This document shows, in pieces, positions 62,111-64,000 of a DNA stretch of 64,000 bases. The stretch is from Octopus bimaculoides (Eukaryota). A program made the translations under genes and the position numbers. Each line of letters opens with the position of its first letter. The first letter of the stretch is position 1. The stretch lies in the NCBI RefSeq assembly GCF_001194135.2, contig NC_068983.1:146384884-146448883 (forward strand), in the 5' to 3' direction. Under the pieces are notes generated by a model. The model did no database searches. It was not told where the DNA came from and saw only the letters and a list, made by a program, of their open reading frames with translations.

Positions 62111-63014
62111 TATCCTTGGCTGGGTATTTCTCCTGCCGCTGTCTTACCAGATATATAGCATCAGTAGTGCTTTTCTCCTCTATTCAATTTCATACCCCAC
62201 CTTTACCATAACATCCCCTTCCAATACCAACCCGATTCCTTTGTCCCACTAACAACTACTCTTAACCACTTCTCACCCCTCTTAGCTACTGAGCCAGTCA
62301 ACTTATTTCCCCCAAATAATAACAAGTCCTTTTCACTTTCTCAGTCTTTAACTCTATAGCCTTCATACAAACTATCACAAAGGTCATCATTCACATACTA
62401 GCTCTGCTACTAACACTAGCCTCATTATTAACCCTAACCCTAGAATTTCTTTTTTCCTCTCACTACTCTCTATCTATATACTCCCAACTCCTCTTCCTAA
62501 CACACTTAGTTCTCCACAAAATCATTCCATCTTTAAGCTCCATCCTGTCAACACCTCAAATGTAAAACTCTCCTCTGAAGATGGAAGTGGTGTTATGCTT
62601 GTAATGGATCCAAGCAACTATCATTATTCCAGACCACCAAGCCCCCAGAAACAGCTTGTTGGACTTGTAAAACTCTACCCATTTAACTCCTGATAACATC
62701 TGTATTCTGTAAGTTGGACTATTTTATATCCATACACGTGTAAAATCTTTGTATGAAATTTATTTAATATTCCGTATAAATCAATTTGCCTAACTTGCTT
62801 GCCATTACGTTTACTCTTATACCTGCACAAGATCAAATCTCTTGAGCATATCAAAGTGTATTCCATATAGAGAACACCTGACTCTAACTTATAAACTGTA
62901 TGTATGTATGTGTGTGTGTATGTATGTATGTATGTATGTATGTATGTATGTATGTATGTATGTATGTATGTATGTATGTGTGGATGTATATATATATATA
63001 CATACATATATAAA

Positions 63015-63437
63015 CATATAGCTCCAGTGAGAATAGCAAATGGATGTTTTCTTCTGGCTGACACCGCTTCTATTCATAAGCATTGGGCAGAACATTTTTC
63101 TGCATTTTTGAATAGACCATCATCTGTTGACATGAGGATGATAGAAAAAATTGAACACCTTCCAGTTATAGAAGAGATGGCATTTGAACCAACTCTAAAT
63201 GACATTTATTTAGCTGTGAATAAACTGAATAACAATAAGTTTCCAGGGTCTGTTGGAATCTGTGCAGAAGTCTTGAAATATGGGGGTGACAAAATATTTG
63301 AACTCTTAAATATATTTATTTGTCACTGTTGGAGAACTGAGTAAGTGCCTCAAGACTGGATTGATGCCATTTTAGTCTCTTTGTATAAATCGGGGCCAAA
63401 GGATCTGTGTGGTAATTTCGTGGGATTTCTTTGCTGC
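63015..63437 (+). pseudogene. RTE-BovB-like LINE fragment (pre-RT region)
   Basis: HWAEHFSAFLNRPS..EPTLNDIYLAVNKLNNNKFPG..AEVLKYGG..VPQDWIDAILVSLYK..CGNF. Confidence 0.85.
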
Positions 63438-63444
63438 ATCGAGA

Positions 63445-64000
63445 GAAACTGATCTGACTGTATAGAGACCTTGCCTATGAATGTTCTTCACTTGGAGCTT
63501 GAAGCACATTATTCCTTTCTTCTTTCCATGATGGTATTCTTTTCACTTCAAGAATCTTTGAACAGATCTCAGGGCTGCTTGGATCACAGTTAATAGCAAT
63601 GAAACCATTTTTGATACAACAGTCTACCACATCCTGAGCAACAGTCTTAGTGTGAATTGTCCGAAGATCTCTGACAAATTTCTGGATTACGGAAGTCGAA
63701 TGATGAAGATCAGGAACTACTGAAGTCTTTGGATTTCGATTTCCAGTCATCTTCTGCTCTGAAAGTTCTCTAGTCTCAACAAATTTGGTCTAGATTTCAT
63801 TGCAGAGCTTATATTACTTCAACTAAGGACATTCGCAGTATGGTTTGTGGCATTTACATTCTTCTTCATTTGATTAGATTTCTTATTACTGTGCAGCACA
63901 TGTTCATGACAAAATTTGGCTTGCACAGAGAGAATATCCAATTTCTCCGCCTTGGTAAGGTTCCTAGGTCAATTTTTTTCATGAAACTCTCCACAGATTT
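63445..64000 (-). pseudogene. possible IS630/Tc1-mariner-like transposase N-terminal relic
   Basis: Frameshifted pieces TKAEKLDILSVQAKFCHEH, GNRNPKTSVVP, IQKFVRDLRTIHTKTVAQDVVD and YHHGKKKG resemble HTH regions of Tc1-like transposases recalled from memory. No search was run. Confidence 0.4.

Overview
AT-rich animal genomic scaffold with 11 N-gaps and many microsatellites. The repeat content (RTE LINEs with (GAT)n tails, tRNA-derived SINEs) points to a coleoid cephalopod, probably Octopus; this is an inference. It holds one complete protein-coding gene that the ORF track misses because its exons are short: PDCD10/CCM3 on the minus strand. I assembled it by hand from 7 coding exons (29974 to 4960), all with GT-AG introns. 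The CDS is 630 nt, encodes 209 aa, and has the same intron phases as human PDCD10. Nearly all ORF-track entries are decayed transposon fragments, microsatellite read-throughs or N-gap artefacts. Other content: many RTE copies (one about 3 kb, two internally deleted, one with an expanded 62-bp minisatellite), CR1-like, R4/Dong-like and BovB-like LINE relics, two SINE families, piggyBac- and hAT-type MITEs, and a Tc1/IS630-like transposase relic. The best leads are: (1) a young GG-ended MITE family with 7-8 bp TSDs and a divergent (CCCTAA)n-(TTAGGG)n core; (2) a fold-back element in PDCD10 intron 3 whose two arms reconstruct a Penelope-type hammerhead ribozyme; (3) inverted RTE copies bracketing the frame-neutral exon pair 5+6; (4) R4-like fragments anchored in tetranucleotide microsatellites; (5) a CpG step near 41.6 kb that probably marks the promoter. 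I see no clear evidence of a wholly new multi-gene system. These leads are hypotheses.
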